In this document: piece by piece, positions 39,001-52,500 of the stretch
How the letters are laid out: each line of letters opens with the position of its first letter
Numbering within the stretch: the stretch's first letter is position 1
The notes under the pieces: model-generated
Database searches by the model: none
Seen by the model: the letters and a program-made list of their open reading frames with translations, nothing else
Told to the model about the DNA's origin: nothing
Program-made: the position numbers and the translations under genes
NCBI GenBank assembly: GCA_964016885.1
Contig: OZ024743.1
Span: forward strand, 354,392,001 to 354,456,000
Source of the DNA: Eledone cirrhosa
Taxonomy: Eukaryota
Reading direction: 5' to 3'
Length of the DNA stretch: 64,000 bases

Positions 39001-42000
39001 TTTTTGTGATTCTGGTAATGGTGATGCTGATGATTGTCTTCATGCTGGTTGTCATTGGTGGTAGAGATTGACGTTTTTGTTATTCTGGTAATGGTGAATC
39101 TGATGATTGTCCTCATGCTGGTTGTTGTTGGTGGTAGAGATTGAGGTTTTTGTGATCCTGGTAATGGTGATGCTGATGATTGTCCTCATGCTGGTTGTTG
39201 TTGGTGGTAGAGATTGAGGTTTTTGTGATCCTGGTAATGGTGATGCTGATGATTGTCCTCATGCTGGTTGTTGTTGGTGGTAGAGATTGAGGTTTTTGTG
39301 ATCCTGGTAATGGTGATGCTGATGATTGTCCTCATGCTGGTTGTTGTTGGTGGTAGAGATTGAGGTTTTTGTGATCCTGGTAATGGTGATGCTGATGATT
39401 GTCCTCATGCTGGTTGTTGTTGGTGGTAGAGATTGAGGTTTTTTTGTTCCTGGTAATGGTGATGCTGATGATTGTCCTCATGCTGGTTGTTGTTGGTGGT
39501 ACAGATTGAGGTTTTTGTGATTCTGGTAATGGTGATGCTGATGATTGTCCTCATGCTGGTTGTTGTTGGTGGTAGAGATTGAGGATTTTGTGATTCTGGT
39601 AATGGTGATGCTGATGATTGTCTTCATGCTGGTTGTTGTTGGTGATAGAGATTGAGGTCTTTGTGATTCTGGTAATGGTGATGCTGATGATTGTCCTCAT
39701 GCTGGTTGTTGTTGGTGGTAGAGATTGAGGTTTTTGTGATCCTGGTAATGGTGATGCTGATGATTGTCTTCATGCTGGTTGTTGTTGGTGGAAGAGATTG
39801 AGGTTTTTGTGATTCTGGTAATGGTGATGCTGATGATTGTCCTCATGCTGGTGTTGTTGGTGGTAGAGATTGAGGTTTTTGTGATTCTGGTAATGGTGAA
39901 TCTGATGATTGTCTTCATTCTGGTTGTTGTTGGTGATAGAGATTGAGGTTTTTGTGATTCTGGTAATGGTGATGCTGATGATTGTCTTCATGCTGGTTGT
40001 TGTTGGTGATAGAGATTGAGGTTTTTGTGATTCTGGTAATGGTGATGCTGATCATTGTTTTCATGCTGGTTGATGTTGGTGGTAGAGATTGAGGTTTTTG
40101 GAATTCTGGTAATGGTGATGCTGATGATTGTCTTCATGCTGGTTGTTGTTGGTGGTAGAGATTGAGTTTTTTGTGATTCTTGTAATGGTGATGCTGATGA
40201 TTGTCCTCATGCTGGTAGTTGTTGGTGGTAGAGATTGAGGTTTTTGGGATTCTGGTAATGGTGATGCTGATGATTGTCTTCATGCTGGTTGTTGTTGGTG
40301 GTAGAGACTGAGTTTTTTGTGATTCTTGTAATGGTGATGCTGATGATTGTCCTCCTGCTGGTTGTTGTTGGTGGTAGGGATTGAGGTTTTTGGGATTCTG
40401 GTAATGGTGATGCTGATGATTGTCCTCATGCTGGTTGTTGTTGGTGGTAGAGATTGTGGTTTTTGTGTTTCTGGTAATGGTGATGCTGATGATTGTCCTC
40501 ATGCTGGTTGTTCTTGGTGGTAGAGATTGAGGTTTTTGTGTTTCTGGTAATGGTGATGCTGATGATTGTCTTCATGCTGGTTGTTGTTGGTGGTAGAGAT
40601 TGAGGTTTTTGTGTTTCTGGTAATGGTGATGCTGATGATTGTCTTCATGCTGGTTGTTGTTGGTGGTAGAGATTGAGGTTTTTGTGTTTCTGGTAATGGT
40701 GATGCTGATGATATTTCTCATGCTGGTTGTTGTTGGTGGTAGAGATTGAGGTTTTTGGGATTCTGGTAATGGTGATGCTGATGATTGTCTTAATGCTGGT
40801 GTTGTTGGTGGTAGAGATTGAGGTTTTTGTGTTTCTGGTAATGGTGATGCTGATGATTGTCTTCATGCTGGTTGTCATTGGTGGTAGAGATTGACGTTTT
40901 TGTTATTCTGGTAATGGTGATGCTGATGATTGTCTTCATGCTGGTTGTTGTTGGTGGTAGAGATTGAGGTTTTTGTGATTCTGGTAATGGTGATGCTGAT
41001 GATTGTCCTCATGCTGGTTGTTGTTGGTGGTAGAGATTGAGGTATCTGTGATTCTGGTAATGGTGATGCTGATGATTGTCTTCATGCTGGTCTTGTTGGT
41101 GGTAGAGATTGAGGTTTTTGTGATTCTGGTAATGGTGATGCTGATGATTGTCCTCATGCTGGTTGTTGTTGGTGGTAGAGATTGGGGTTTTTGTGATTCT
41201 GGTAATGGTGATGCTGATGATTGTCCTCATGCTGGTTGTTATTGGTGGTAGAGATTGAGGTTTTTGTGATCCTGGTAATGGTGATGCTGATGATTGTCCT
41301 CATGCTGGTCTTGTTGGTGGTAGAGATTGAGGTTTTTGTGATTCTGGTAATGGTGATGCTGATGATTGTCCTCATGCTGGTTGTTGTTGGTGGTAGAGAT
41401 TGAGGTTTTTGTGATTCTGGTAATGGTGATGCTGATGATTGTCCTCATGCTGGTTGTTGTTGGTGGTAGAGATTGAGGTTTTTGTGATCCTGGTAATGGT
41501 GATGCTGATGATTGTCCTCATGCTGGTTGTTGTTGGTGGTAGAGATTGAGGTTTTTGTGATTATGGTAATGGTGATGCTGATGATTGTCTTCATGCTGGT
41601 TGTCATTGGTGGTAGAGATTGACGTTTTTGTTATTCTGGTAATGGTGAATCTGATGATTGTCCTCATGCTGGCTGTTGTTGGTGGTAGAGATTGAGGTTT
41701 TTGTGATCCTGGTAATGGTGATGCTGATGATTGTCCTCATGCTGGTTGTTGTTGGTGGTAGAGATTGAGGTTTTTGTGATCCTGGTAATGGTGATGCTGA
41801 TGATTGTCCTCATGCTGGTTGTTGTTGGTGGTAGAGATTGAGGTTTTTGTGATCCTGGTAATGGTGATGCTGATGATTGTCCTCATGCTGGTTGTTGTTG
41901 GTGGTAGAGATTGAGGTTTTTGTGATCCTGGTAATGGTGATGCTGATGATTGTCCTCATGCTGGTTGTTGTTGGTGGTAGAGATTGAGGTTTTTGTGTTC

Positions 42001-45000
42001 CTGGTAATGGTGATGCTGATGATTGTCCTCATGCTGGTTGTTGTTGGTGGTACAGATTGAGGTTTTTGTGATTCTGGTAATGGTGATGCTGATGATTGTC
42101 CTCATGCTGGTTGTTGTTGGTGGTAGAGATTGAGGATTTTGTGATTCTGGTAATGGTGATGCTGATGATTGTCTTCATGCTGGTTGTTGTTGGTGATAGA
42201 GATTGAGGTCTTTGTGATTCTGGTAATGGTGATGCTGATGATTGTCCTCATGCTGGTTGTTGTTGGTGGTAGAGATTGAGGTTTTTGTGATCCTGGTAAT
42301 GGTGATGCTGATGATTGTCTTCATGCTGGTTGTTGTTGGTGATAGAGATTGAGGTTTTTGTGATTCTGGTAATGGTGATGCTGATCATTGTTTTCATGCT
42401 GGTTGATGTTGGTGGTAGAGATTGAGGTTTTGGGAATTCTGGTAATGGTGATGCTGATGATTGTCTTCATGCTGGTTGTTGTTGGTGGTAGAGATTGAGT
42501 TTTTTGTGATTCTTGTAATGGTGATGCTGATGATTGTCCTCATGCTGGTAGTTGTTGGTGGTAGAGATTGAGGTTTTTGTGATTCTGGTAATGGTGATGC
42601 TGATGATTGTCCTCATGCTGGTTGTTGTTGGTGGTAGAGATTGAGGTTTTTGTGTTTCTGGTAATGGTGATGCTGATGATTGTCCTCATGCTGGTTGTTC
42701 TTGGTGGTAGAGATTGAGGTTTTTGTGTTTCTGGTAATGGTGATGCTGATGATTGTCTTCATGCTGGTTGTTGTTGGTGGTAGAGATTGAGGTTTTTGTG
42801 TTTCTGGTAATGGTGATGCTGATGATTGTCTTCATGCTGGTTGTTGTTGGTGGTAGAGATTGAGGTTTTTGTGTTTCTGGTAATGGTGATGCTGATGATA
42901 TTTCTCATGCTGGTTGTTGTTGGTGGTAGAGATTGAGGTTTTTGGGATTCTGGTAATGGTGATGCTGATGATTGTCTTAATGCTGGTGTTGTTGGTGGTA
43001 GAGATTGAGGTTTTTGTGTTTCTGGTAATGGTGATGCTGATGATTGTCTTCATGCTGGTTGTCATTGGTGGTAGAGATTGACGTTTTTGTTATTCTGGTA
43101 ATGGTGATGCAGATGATTGTCTTCATGCTGGTTGTTGTTGGTGGTAGAGATTGAGGTTTTTGTGATTCTGGTAATGGTGATGCTGATGATTGTCCTCATG
43201 CTGGTTGTTGTTGGTGGTAGAGATTGAGGTATCTGTGATTCTGGTAATGGTGATGCTGATGATTGTCTTCATGCTGGTCTTGTTGGTGGTAGAGATTGAG
43301 GTTTTTGTGATTCTGGTAATGGTGATGCTGATGATTGTCCTCATGCTGGTTGTTGTTGGTGGTAGAGATTGGGGTTTTTGTGATTCTGGTAATGGTGATG
43401 CTGATGATTGTCCTCATGCTGGTTGTTATTGGTGGTAGAGATTGAGGTTTTTGTGATCCTGGTAATGGTGATGCTGATGATTGTCCTCATGCTGGTCTTG
43501 TTGGTGGTAGAGATTGAGGTTTTTGTGATTCTGGTAACGGTGATGCTGATGATTGTCCTCATGCTGGTTGTTGTTGGTGGTAGAGATTGAGGTTTTTGTG
43601 ATTCTGGTAATGGTGATGCTGATGATTGTCCTCATGCTGGTTGTTGTTGGTGGTAGAGATTGAGGTTTTTGTGATCCTGGTAATGGTGATGCTGATGATT
43701 GTCCTCATGCTGGTTGTTGTTGGTGGTAGAGATTGAGGTTTTTGTGATTATGGTAATGATGATGCTGATGATTGTCTTCATGCTGGTGGTTGTTGGTGGT
43801 AGAGATTGAGGTTTTTGTGATTCTGGTAATGGTGATGCTGATGATTGTCCTCATGCTGGTTGTTGTTGGTGGTAGAGATTGAGGTTTTTGTGATTCTGGT
43901 AATGGTGATGCTGATGATTGTCCTCATGCTGGTTGTTGTTGGTGGTAGAGATTGAGGTTTTTGTGATTCTGGTAATGGTGATGCTGATGATTGTCCTCAT
44001 GCTGGTTGTTGTTAGTGGTAGAGATTGAGGTTTTTGTGATTCTGGTAATGGTGACGCTGATGATTGTCCTCATGCTGGTTGTTGTTGGTGGTAGAGATTG
44101 AGGTCTTTGTGATTCTGGTAATGGTGATGCTGATGATTGTCCTCATGTTGGTTGTTGTTGGTGGTAGAGATTGAGGTTTTTGTGATACTGGTAATGGTGA
44201 TGCTGATGATTGTGCTGATGCTGGTTGTTGTTGGTGGTAGAGATTGAGGTTTTTGTGTTTCTGGTAATGGTGATGCTGATGATTGTCTTCACACTGGTTG
44301 TTGTTGGTGATAGAGATCGAGATATTTGTGATTCTGATAATGGTGAATCTGATGATTGTCCTCATGCTGGTTGTTGTTGGTGGTAGAGATTGAGGTTTTT
44401 GTGATCCTGGTAATGGTGATGCTGATGATTGTCTTCATGCTGGTTGTTGTTGGTGGTAGAGATTGAGGTTTTTGTGATCCTGGTAATGGTGATGCTGATG
44501 ATTGTCCTCATGCTGGTGTTGTTGGTGGTAGAGATTGAGGTTTTTGTGATTCTGGTAATGGTGAATCTGATGATTGTCTTCATTCTGGTTGTTGTTGGTG
44601 ATAGAGATTGAGGTTTTTGTTATTCTGGTAATGGTGATGCTGATGATTGTCTTCATGCTGGTTGTTGTTGGTGATAGAGATTGAGGTTTTTGTGATTCTG
44701 GTAATGGTGATGCTGATCATTGTTTTCATGCTGGTTGATGTTGGTGGTAGAGATTGAGGTTTTTGGAATTCTGGTAATGGTGATGCTGATGATTGTCTTC
44801 ATGCTGGTTGTTGCTGGTGGTAGAGATTGAGTTTTTTGTGATTCTTGTAATGGTGATGCTGATGATTGTCCTCATGCTGGTAGTTGTTGGTGGTAGAGAT
44901 TGAGGTTTTTGGGATTCTGGTAATGGTGATGCTGATGATTGTCTTCATGCTGGTTGTTGTTGGTGGTAGAGATTGAGGTTTTTGTGATTCTGGTAATGGT

Positions 45001-46500
45001 GATGCTGATGATTGTCCTCATGCTGGTTGTTGTTGGTGGTAGAGATTGAGGTATCTGTGATTCTGGTAATGGTGATGCTGATGATTGTCTTCATGCTGGT
45101 CTTGTTGGTGGTAGAGATTGAGGTTTTTGTGATTCTGGTAATGGTGATGCTGATGATTGTCCTCATGCTGGTTGTTGTTGGTGGTAGAGATTGAGGTTTT
45201 TGTGATTCTGGTAATGGTGATGCTGATGATTGTCTTCATGCTGGTTGTTGTTGGTGGTAGAGATTGAGGTTTTTGTGATTCTGGTAATGGTGATGCTGAT
45301 GATTGTCTTCATGCTGGTTGTTGTTGGTGGTAGAGATTGAGGTTTTTGTGATTCTGGTAATGGTGATGCTGATGATTGTCTTCATGCTGGTTGTTGTTGG
45401 TGGTAGAGATTGAGGTTTTTGTGATTCTGGTAATGGTGATGCTGATGATTGTCCTCATGCTGGTTGTTGTTGGTGGTAGAGCTTGAGGTTTTTGTGATTC
45501 TGGTAATGGTGATGCTGATGATTGTCTTCATGCTGGTTGTTGTTGGTGGTAGAGATTGAGGTTTTTGTGTTTCTGGTAATGGTGATGCTGATGATTGTCT
45601 TCATGCTGGTTGTTGTTGGTGGTAGAGATTGAGGTTTTTGTGATTCTGGTAATGGTGATGCTGATGATATTTCTCATGCTGGTTGTTGTTGGTGGTAGAG
45701 ATTGAGGTTTTTGGGATTCTGGTAATGGTGATGCTGATGATTGTCTTAATGCTGGTGTTGTTGGTGGTAGAGATTGAGGTTTTTGTGTTTCTGGTAATGG
45801 TGATGCTGATGATTGTCTTCATGCTGGTTGTCATTGGTGGTAGAGATTGACGTTTTTGTTATTCTGGTAATGGTGATGCTGATGATTGTCTTCATGCTGG
45901 TTGTTGTTGGTGGTAGAGATTGAGGTTTTTGTGATTCTGGTAATGGTGATGCTGATGATTGTCCTCATGCTGGTTGTTGTTGGTGGTAGAGATTGAGGTA
46001 TCTGTGATTCTGGTAATGGTGATGCTGATGATTGTCTTCATGCTGGTCTTGTTGGTGGTAGAGATTGAGGTTTTTGTGATTCTGGTAATGGTGATGCTGA
46101 TGATTGTCCTCATGCTGGTTGTTGTTGGTGGTAGAGATTGAGGTTTTTGTGATTCTGGTAATGGTGATGCTGATGATTGTCCTCATGCTGGTTGTTGTTG
46201 GTGGTAGAGATTGAGGTTTTTGTGATCCTGGTAATGGTGATGCTGATGATTGTCCTCATGCTGGTTGTTGTTGGTGGTAGAGATTGAGGTTTTTGTGATT
46301 ATGGTAATGGTGATGCTGATGATTGTCTTCATGCTGGTTGTTGTTGGTGGTAGAGATTGAGGTTTTTGTGATTCTGGTAATGGTGATGCTGATGATTGTC
46401 TTCATGCTGGTTGTTGTTGGTGGTAGAGATTGAGGTTTTTGTGATTCTGGTAATGGTGATGCTGATGATTGTCCTCATGCTGGTTGTTGTTGGTGGTAGA
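33100..46500. repeat. Satellite domain B, amplified second occurrence (several B-cassette copies)
   Basis: Near-identical ORF signatures at 34514, 37065, 39764 and 44429, and at 35395, 40645, 42832 and 45601. Offsets of 2551, 2699, 5250 and 2187 bp are all whole monomer multiples minus known 1-bp deletions. Confidence 0.85.
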
Positions 46501-49500
46501 GCTTGAGGTTTTTGTGATTCTGGTAATGGTGATGCTGATGATTGTCCTCATGCTGGTTGTTGTTGGTGGTAGAGACTGAGGTTTTTGTGATTCTGGTAAT
46601 GGTGATGCTGATGAATGTCCTCATGCTGGTTGTTGTTGGTGGTAGAGATTGAGGTTTTTGTGATTCTGGTAATGGTGATGCTGATGATTGTCCTCATGCT
46701 GGTTGTTGTTGGTGGTAGAGATTGAGGTTTTTGTAATTCTGGTAATGGTGATGCTGATGATTGTCTTCATGCTGGTTGTTTTGGTGGTAGAGATTGAGGT
46801 TTTTGTGATTCTGGTAATGGTGATGCTGATGATTGTCCTCATGCTGGTTGTTGTTGGTGGTAGAGATTGAGGTTTTTGTGATCCTGGTAATGGTGATGCT
46901 GATGACTGTCCTCATGCTGGTTGTTGTTGGTGGTAGAGATTGAGGTTTTTGTGATTATGGTAATGGTGATGCTGATGATTGTCTTCATGCTGGTTGTTGT
47001 TGGTGGTAGAGATTGAGGTTTTTGTGATTCTGGTAATGGTGATGCTGATGATTGTCTTCATGCTGGTTGTTGTTGGTGGTAGAGATTGAGGTTTTTGTGA
47101 TTCTGGTAATGGTGATGCTGATGATTGTCTTCATGCTGGTTGTTGTTGGTGGTAGAGATTGAGGTTTTTGTGATTCTGGTAATGGTGATGCTGATGATTG
47201 TCCTCATGCTGGTTGTTGTTGGTGGTAGAGATTGAGGTTTTTGTGATTCTGGTAATGGTGATGCTGATGATTGTCTTCATGCTGGTTGTTGTTGGTGGTA
47301 GAGATTGAGGTTTTTGTGATTCTGGTAATGGTGATGCTGATGATTGTCCTCATGCTGGTTGTTGTTGGTAGTAGAGATTCAGGTTTTTGTGATTCTGGTA
47401 ATGGTGATGCTGATGATTGTCCTCATGCTGGTTGTTGTTGGTGGTAGAGATTGAGGTTTTTGTAATTCTGGTAATTGTGATGCTGATGATTGTCCTCATG
47501 CTGGTTGTTGTTGGTGGTAGAGATTGAGGTTTTTGTGATTCTGGTAATGGTGATGCTGATGATTGTCCTCATGCTGGTTGTTGTTAGTGGTAGAGATTGA
47601 GGTTTTTTTGATTCTGGTAATGGTGATGCTGATGATTGTCCTTATGCTGGTTGTTGTTGGTGGTAGAGATTGAGGTTTTTGTGATTCTGGTAATGGTGAT
47701 GCCGATGAATGTCCTCATGATGGTTGTTGTTGGTGGTAGAGATTGAGGTTTTTGTGATTCTGGTAATGGCGATGCCGATGAATGTCTTCATGTTGGTTGT
47801 TGTTGGTGGTAGAGATTGAGGTTTTTGTGATTCTGGTAATGGTGATGCTGATGATTGTCCTCATGCTGGTTGTTGTTAGTGGTAGAGATTGAGGTTTTTG
47901 TGATTCTGGTAATGGTGATGCTGATGATTGTCCTTATGCTGGTTGTTGTTGGTGGTAGAGATTGAGGTTTTTGTGATTCTGGTAATGGTGATGCCGATGA
48001 ATGTCCTCATGATGGTTGTTGTTGGTGGTAGAGATTGAGGTTTTTGTGATTCTGGTAATGGTGATGCCGATGAATGTCTTCATGTTGGTTGTTGTTGGTG
48101 GTAGAGATTGAGGTTTTTGTGATTCTGGTAATGGTGATGCTGATGATTGTCCTCATGCTGGTTGTTGTTGGTGGTAGAGATTGAGGTTTTTGTGATTCTG
48201 CTAATGGTGATGCTCATGATTGTCTTCATGCTGGTTGTTGTTGGTGGTAGAGATTGAGGTTTTTGTGATTCTGGTAATGGTGATGCTGATGATTGTCCTC
48301 ATGCTGGTTGTTGTTAGTGGTAGAGATTGAGGTTTTTGTGATTCTGGTAATGGTGATGCTGATGATTGTCCTCATGCTGGTTGTTGCTGGTGGTAGGGAT
48401 TGAGGTTTTTGTGATTCTGGTAATGGTGATGCTGATGATTGTCCTCATGCTGGTTGTTTTTAGTGGTAGAGATTGAGGTTTTTGGGATTCTGGTAATGGT
48501 GATGCTGATGATTGTCCTCATGCTGGTTGTTGTTAGTGGTAGAGATTGAGGTTTTGTGATTCTGGTAATGGTGATGCTGATGATTGTCCTCATGCTGGTT
48601 GTTGTTAGTGTTAGAGATTGAGGTTTTTGTGATTCTGGTAATGGTGATTCTGATGATTGTCCTCATGCTGGTTGTTGTTAGTGGTAGAGATTGAGGTTTT
48701 TGTGATTCTGGTAATGGTGATGCTGATGATTGTCCTCATGCTGATTGTTCTTGGTGGTTGAGATTGAGGTTTTTGTGATTCTGGTAATGGTGATGCTGAT
48801 GATTGTCCTCATGCTGGTTGTTGTTGGTGGTAGAGATTGAGGTTTTTGTGATTCTGGTAATGGTGATGCTGATGATTGTCCTCATGCTGGTTGTTGCTGG
48901 TGGTAGGGATTGAGGTTTTTGTGATTCTGGTAATGGTGATGCTGATGATTGTCCTCATGCTGGTTGTTGTTGGTGGTAGTGATTGAGGTTTTTGTGATTC
49001 TGGTAATGGTGATGCTGATGATTGTCCTCATGCTGATTGTTCTTGGTGGTTGAGATTGAGGTTTTTGTGATTCTGTTAATGGTGATGCTGATGATTGTCC
49101 TCATGCTGGTTGTTGTTGGTGGTAGAGATTGAGGTTTTTGTAATTCTGGTAATGGTGATGCTGATGATTGTCCTCATGCTGGTTGTTGGTGGTGGTAGAG
49201 ATTGAGGTTTTTGTGATTCTGGTAATGGTGATGCTGATGATTGTCCTCATGCTGGTTGTTGTTGGTGGTAGAGATTGAGGTTTTTGTGATTCTGGTAATG
49301 GTGATGCTGATGATTGTCCTCATGCTGGTTGTTGCTGGTGGTAGAGATTGAGGTTTTTGTGATTCTGGTAATGGTGATGCTGATGATTGTCCTCATGCTG
49401 GTTGTTGTTGGTGGTAGAGATTGAGGTTTTTGTAATTCTGGTAATGGTGATGCTGATGATTGTCTTCATGCTGGTTGTTTTGGTGGTAGAGATTGAGGTT

Positions 49501-52500
49501 TTTGTGATTCTGGTAATGGTGATGCTGATGATTGTCCTCATGCTGGTTGTTGTTGGTGGTAGAGATTGAGGTTTTTGTGATCCTGGTAATGGTGATGCTG
49601 ATGACTGTCTTCATGCTGGTTGTTGTTGGTGGTAGAGATTGAGGTTTTTGTGATTATGGTAATGGTGATGCTGATGATTGTCTTCATGCTGGTTGTTGTT
49701 GGTGGTAGAGATTGAGGTTTTTGTGATTCTGGTAATGGTGATGCTGATGATTGTCTTCATGCTGGTTGTTGTTGGTGGTAGAGATTGAGGTTTTTGTGAT
49801 TCTGGTAATGGTGATGCTGATGATTGTCTTCATGCTGGTTGTTGTTGGTGGTAGAGATTGAGGTTTTTGTGATTCTGGTAATGGTGATGCTGATGATTGT
49901 CCTCATGCTGGTTGTTGTTGGTGGTAGAGATTGAGGTTTTTGTGATTCTGGTAATGGTGATGCTGATGATTGTCTTCATGCTGGTTGTTGTTGGTGGTAG
50001 AGATTGAGGTTTTTGTGATTCTGGTAATGGTGATGCTGATGATTGTCCTCATGCTGGTTGTTGTTGGTGGTAGAGATTGAGGTTTTTGTGATTCTGGTAA
50101 TGGTGATGCTGATGATTGTCCTCATGCTGGTTGTTGTTGGTGGTAGAGATTGAGGTTTTTGTAATTCTGGTAATTGTGATGCTGATGATTGTCCTCATGC
50201 TGGTTGTTGTTGGTGGTAGAGATTGAGGTTTTTGTGATTCTGGTAATGGTGATGCTGATGATTGTCCTCATGCTGGTTGTTGTTAGTGGTAGAGATTGAG
50301 GTTTTTGTGATTCTGGTAATGGTGATGCTGATGATTGTCCTTATGCTTGTTGTTGTTGGTGGTAGAGATTGAGGTTTTTGTGATTCTGGTAATGGTGATG
50401 CCGATGAATGTCCTCATGATGGTTGTTGTTGGTGGTAGAGATTGAGGTTTTTGTGATTCTGGTAATGGTGATGCCGATGAATGTCTTCATGTTGGTTGTT
50501 GTTGGTGGTAGAGATTGAGGTTTTTGTGATTCTGGTAATGGTGATGCTGATGATTGTCCTCATGCTGGTTGTTGTTGGTGGTAGAGATTGAGGTTTTTGT
50601 GATTCTGCTAATGGTGATGCTGATGATTGTCTTCATGCTGGTTGTTGTTGGTGGTAGAGATTGAGGTTTTTGTGATTCTGGTAATGGTGATGCTGATGAT
50701 TGTCCTCATGCTGGTTGTTGTTAGTGGTAGAGATTGAGGTTTTTGTGATTCTGGTAATGGTGATGCTGATGATTGTCCTCATGCTGGTTGTTGCTGGTGG
50801 TAGGGATTGAGGTTTTTGTGATTCTGGTAATGGTGATGCTGATGATTGTCCTCATGCTGGTTGTTGTTAGTGGTAGAGATTGAGGTTTTTGTGATTCTGG
50901 TAATGGTGATGCTGATGATTGTCCTCATGCTGGTTGTTGTTAGTGGTAGAGATTGAGGTTTTGTGATTCTGGTAATGGTGATGCTGATGATTGTCCTCAT
51001 GCTGGTTGTTGTTAGTGTTAGAGATTGAGGTTTTTGTGATTCTGGTAATGGTGATTCTGATGATTGTCCTCATGCTGGTTGTTGTTAGTGGTAGAGATTG
51101 AGGTTTTTGTGATTCTGGTAATGGTGATGCTGATGATTGTCCTCATGCTGGTTGTTGTTGGTGGTAGTGATTGAGGTTTTTGTGATTCTGGTAATGGTGA
51201 TGCTGATGATTGTCCTCATGCTGATTGTTCTTGGTGGTTGAGATTGAGGTTTTTGTGATTCTGGTAATGGTGATGCTGATGATTGTCCTCATGCTGGTTG
51301 TTGTTGGTGGTAGAGATTGAGGTTTTTGTGATTCTGGTAATGGTGATGCTGATGATTGTCCTCATGCTGGTTGTTGCTGGTGGTAGGGATTGAGGTTTTT
51401 GTGATTCTGGTAATGGTGATGCTGATGATTGTCCTCATGCTGGTTGTTGTTGGTGGTAGTGATTGAGGTTTTTGTGATTCTGGTAATGGTGATGCTGATG
51501 ATTGTCCTCATGCTGATTGTTCTTGGTGGTTGAGATTGAGGTTTTTGTGATTCTGTTAATGGTGATGCTGATGATTGTCCTCATGCTGGTTGTTGTTGGT
51601 GGTAGAGATTGAGGTATCTGTGATTCTGGTAATGGTGATGCTGATGATTGTCCTCATGCTGGTTGTTGTTGGTGGTAGAGATTGAGGTTTTTTTGATCCT
51701 GGTAATGGTGAATCTGATGATTGTCTTCATGCTGGTTGTTGTTGGTGATAGAGATTGAGGTCTCTGTGATTCTGGTAATGGTGATGCTGATGATTGTCTT
51801 CATGCTGGTTGTTGTTGGTGATAGAGATTGAGGTCTTTGTGATTCTGGTAATGGTGATGCTGATGATTGTCTTTATGCTGGTTGTTGTTGGTGGTAGAGA
51901 TTGAGGTTTTTGTGATTCTGGTAATGGTGATGCTGATGATTGTCCTCATGCTGGTTGTTGTTGGTGGTAGAGATTGAGGTTTTTGTGATTCTGGTAATGG
52001 TGATGCTGATGATTGTCCTCATGCTGGTGTTGCTGGTGGTAGAGATTGAGGTTTTTGTGATTCTGGTAATGGTGAATCTGATGATTGTCTTCATGCTGGT
52101 TGTTGTTGGTGATAGAGATTGAGGTCTCTGTGATTCTGGTAATGGTGATGCTGATGATTGTCTTCATGCTGGTTGTTGTTGGTGATAGAGATTGAGGTTT
52201 TTGTAATTCTGGTAATGGTGATGCTGATGATTGTCCTCATGCTGGTTGTTGTTGGTGGTAGAGATTGAGGTTTTTGTGATTCTGGTAATGGTGATGCTGA
52301 TGATTGTCCCCATGCTGGTTGTTGTTGGTGGTAGAGATTGAGGTTTTTGTGATTCTGGTAATGGTGATGCTGATGATTGTCTTAATGCTGGTGTTGTTGG
52401 TGGTAGAGATTGAGGTTTTTGTGTTTCTGGTAATGGTGATGCTGATGATTGTCTTCATGCTGGTTGTCATTGGTGGTAGAGATTGACGTTTTTGTTATTC

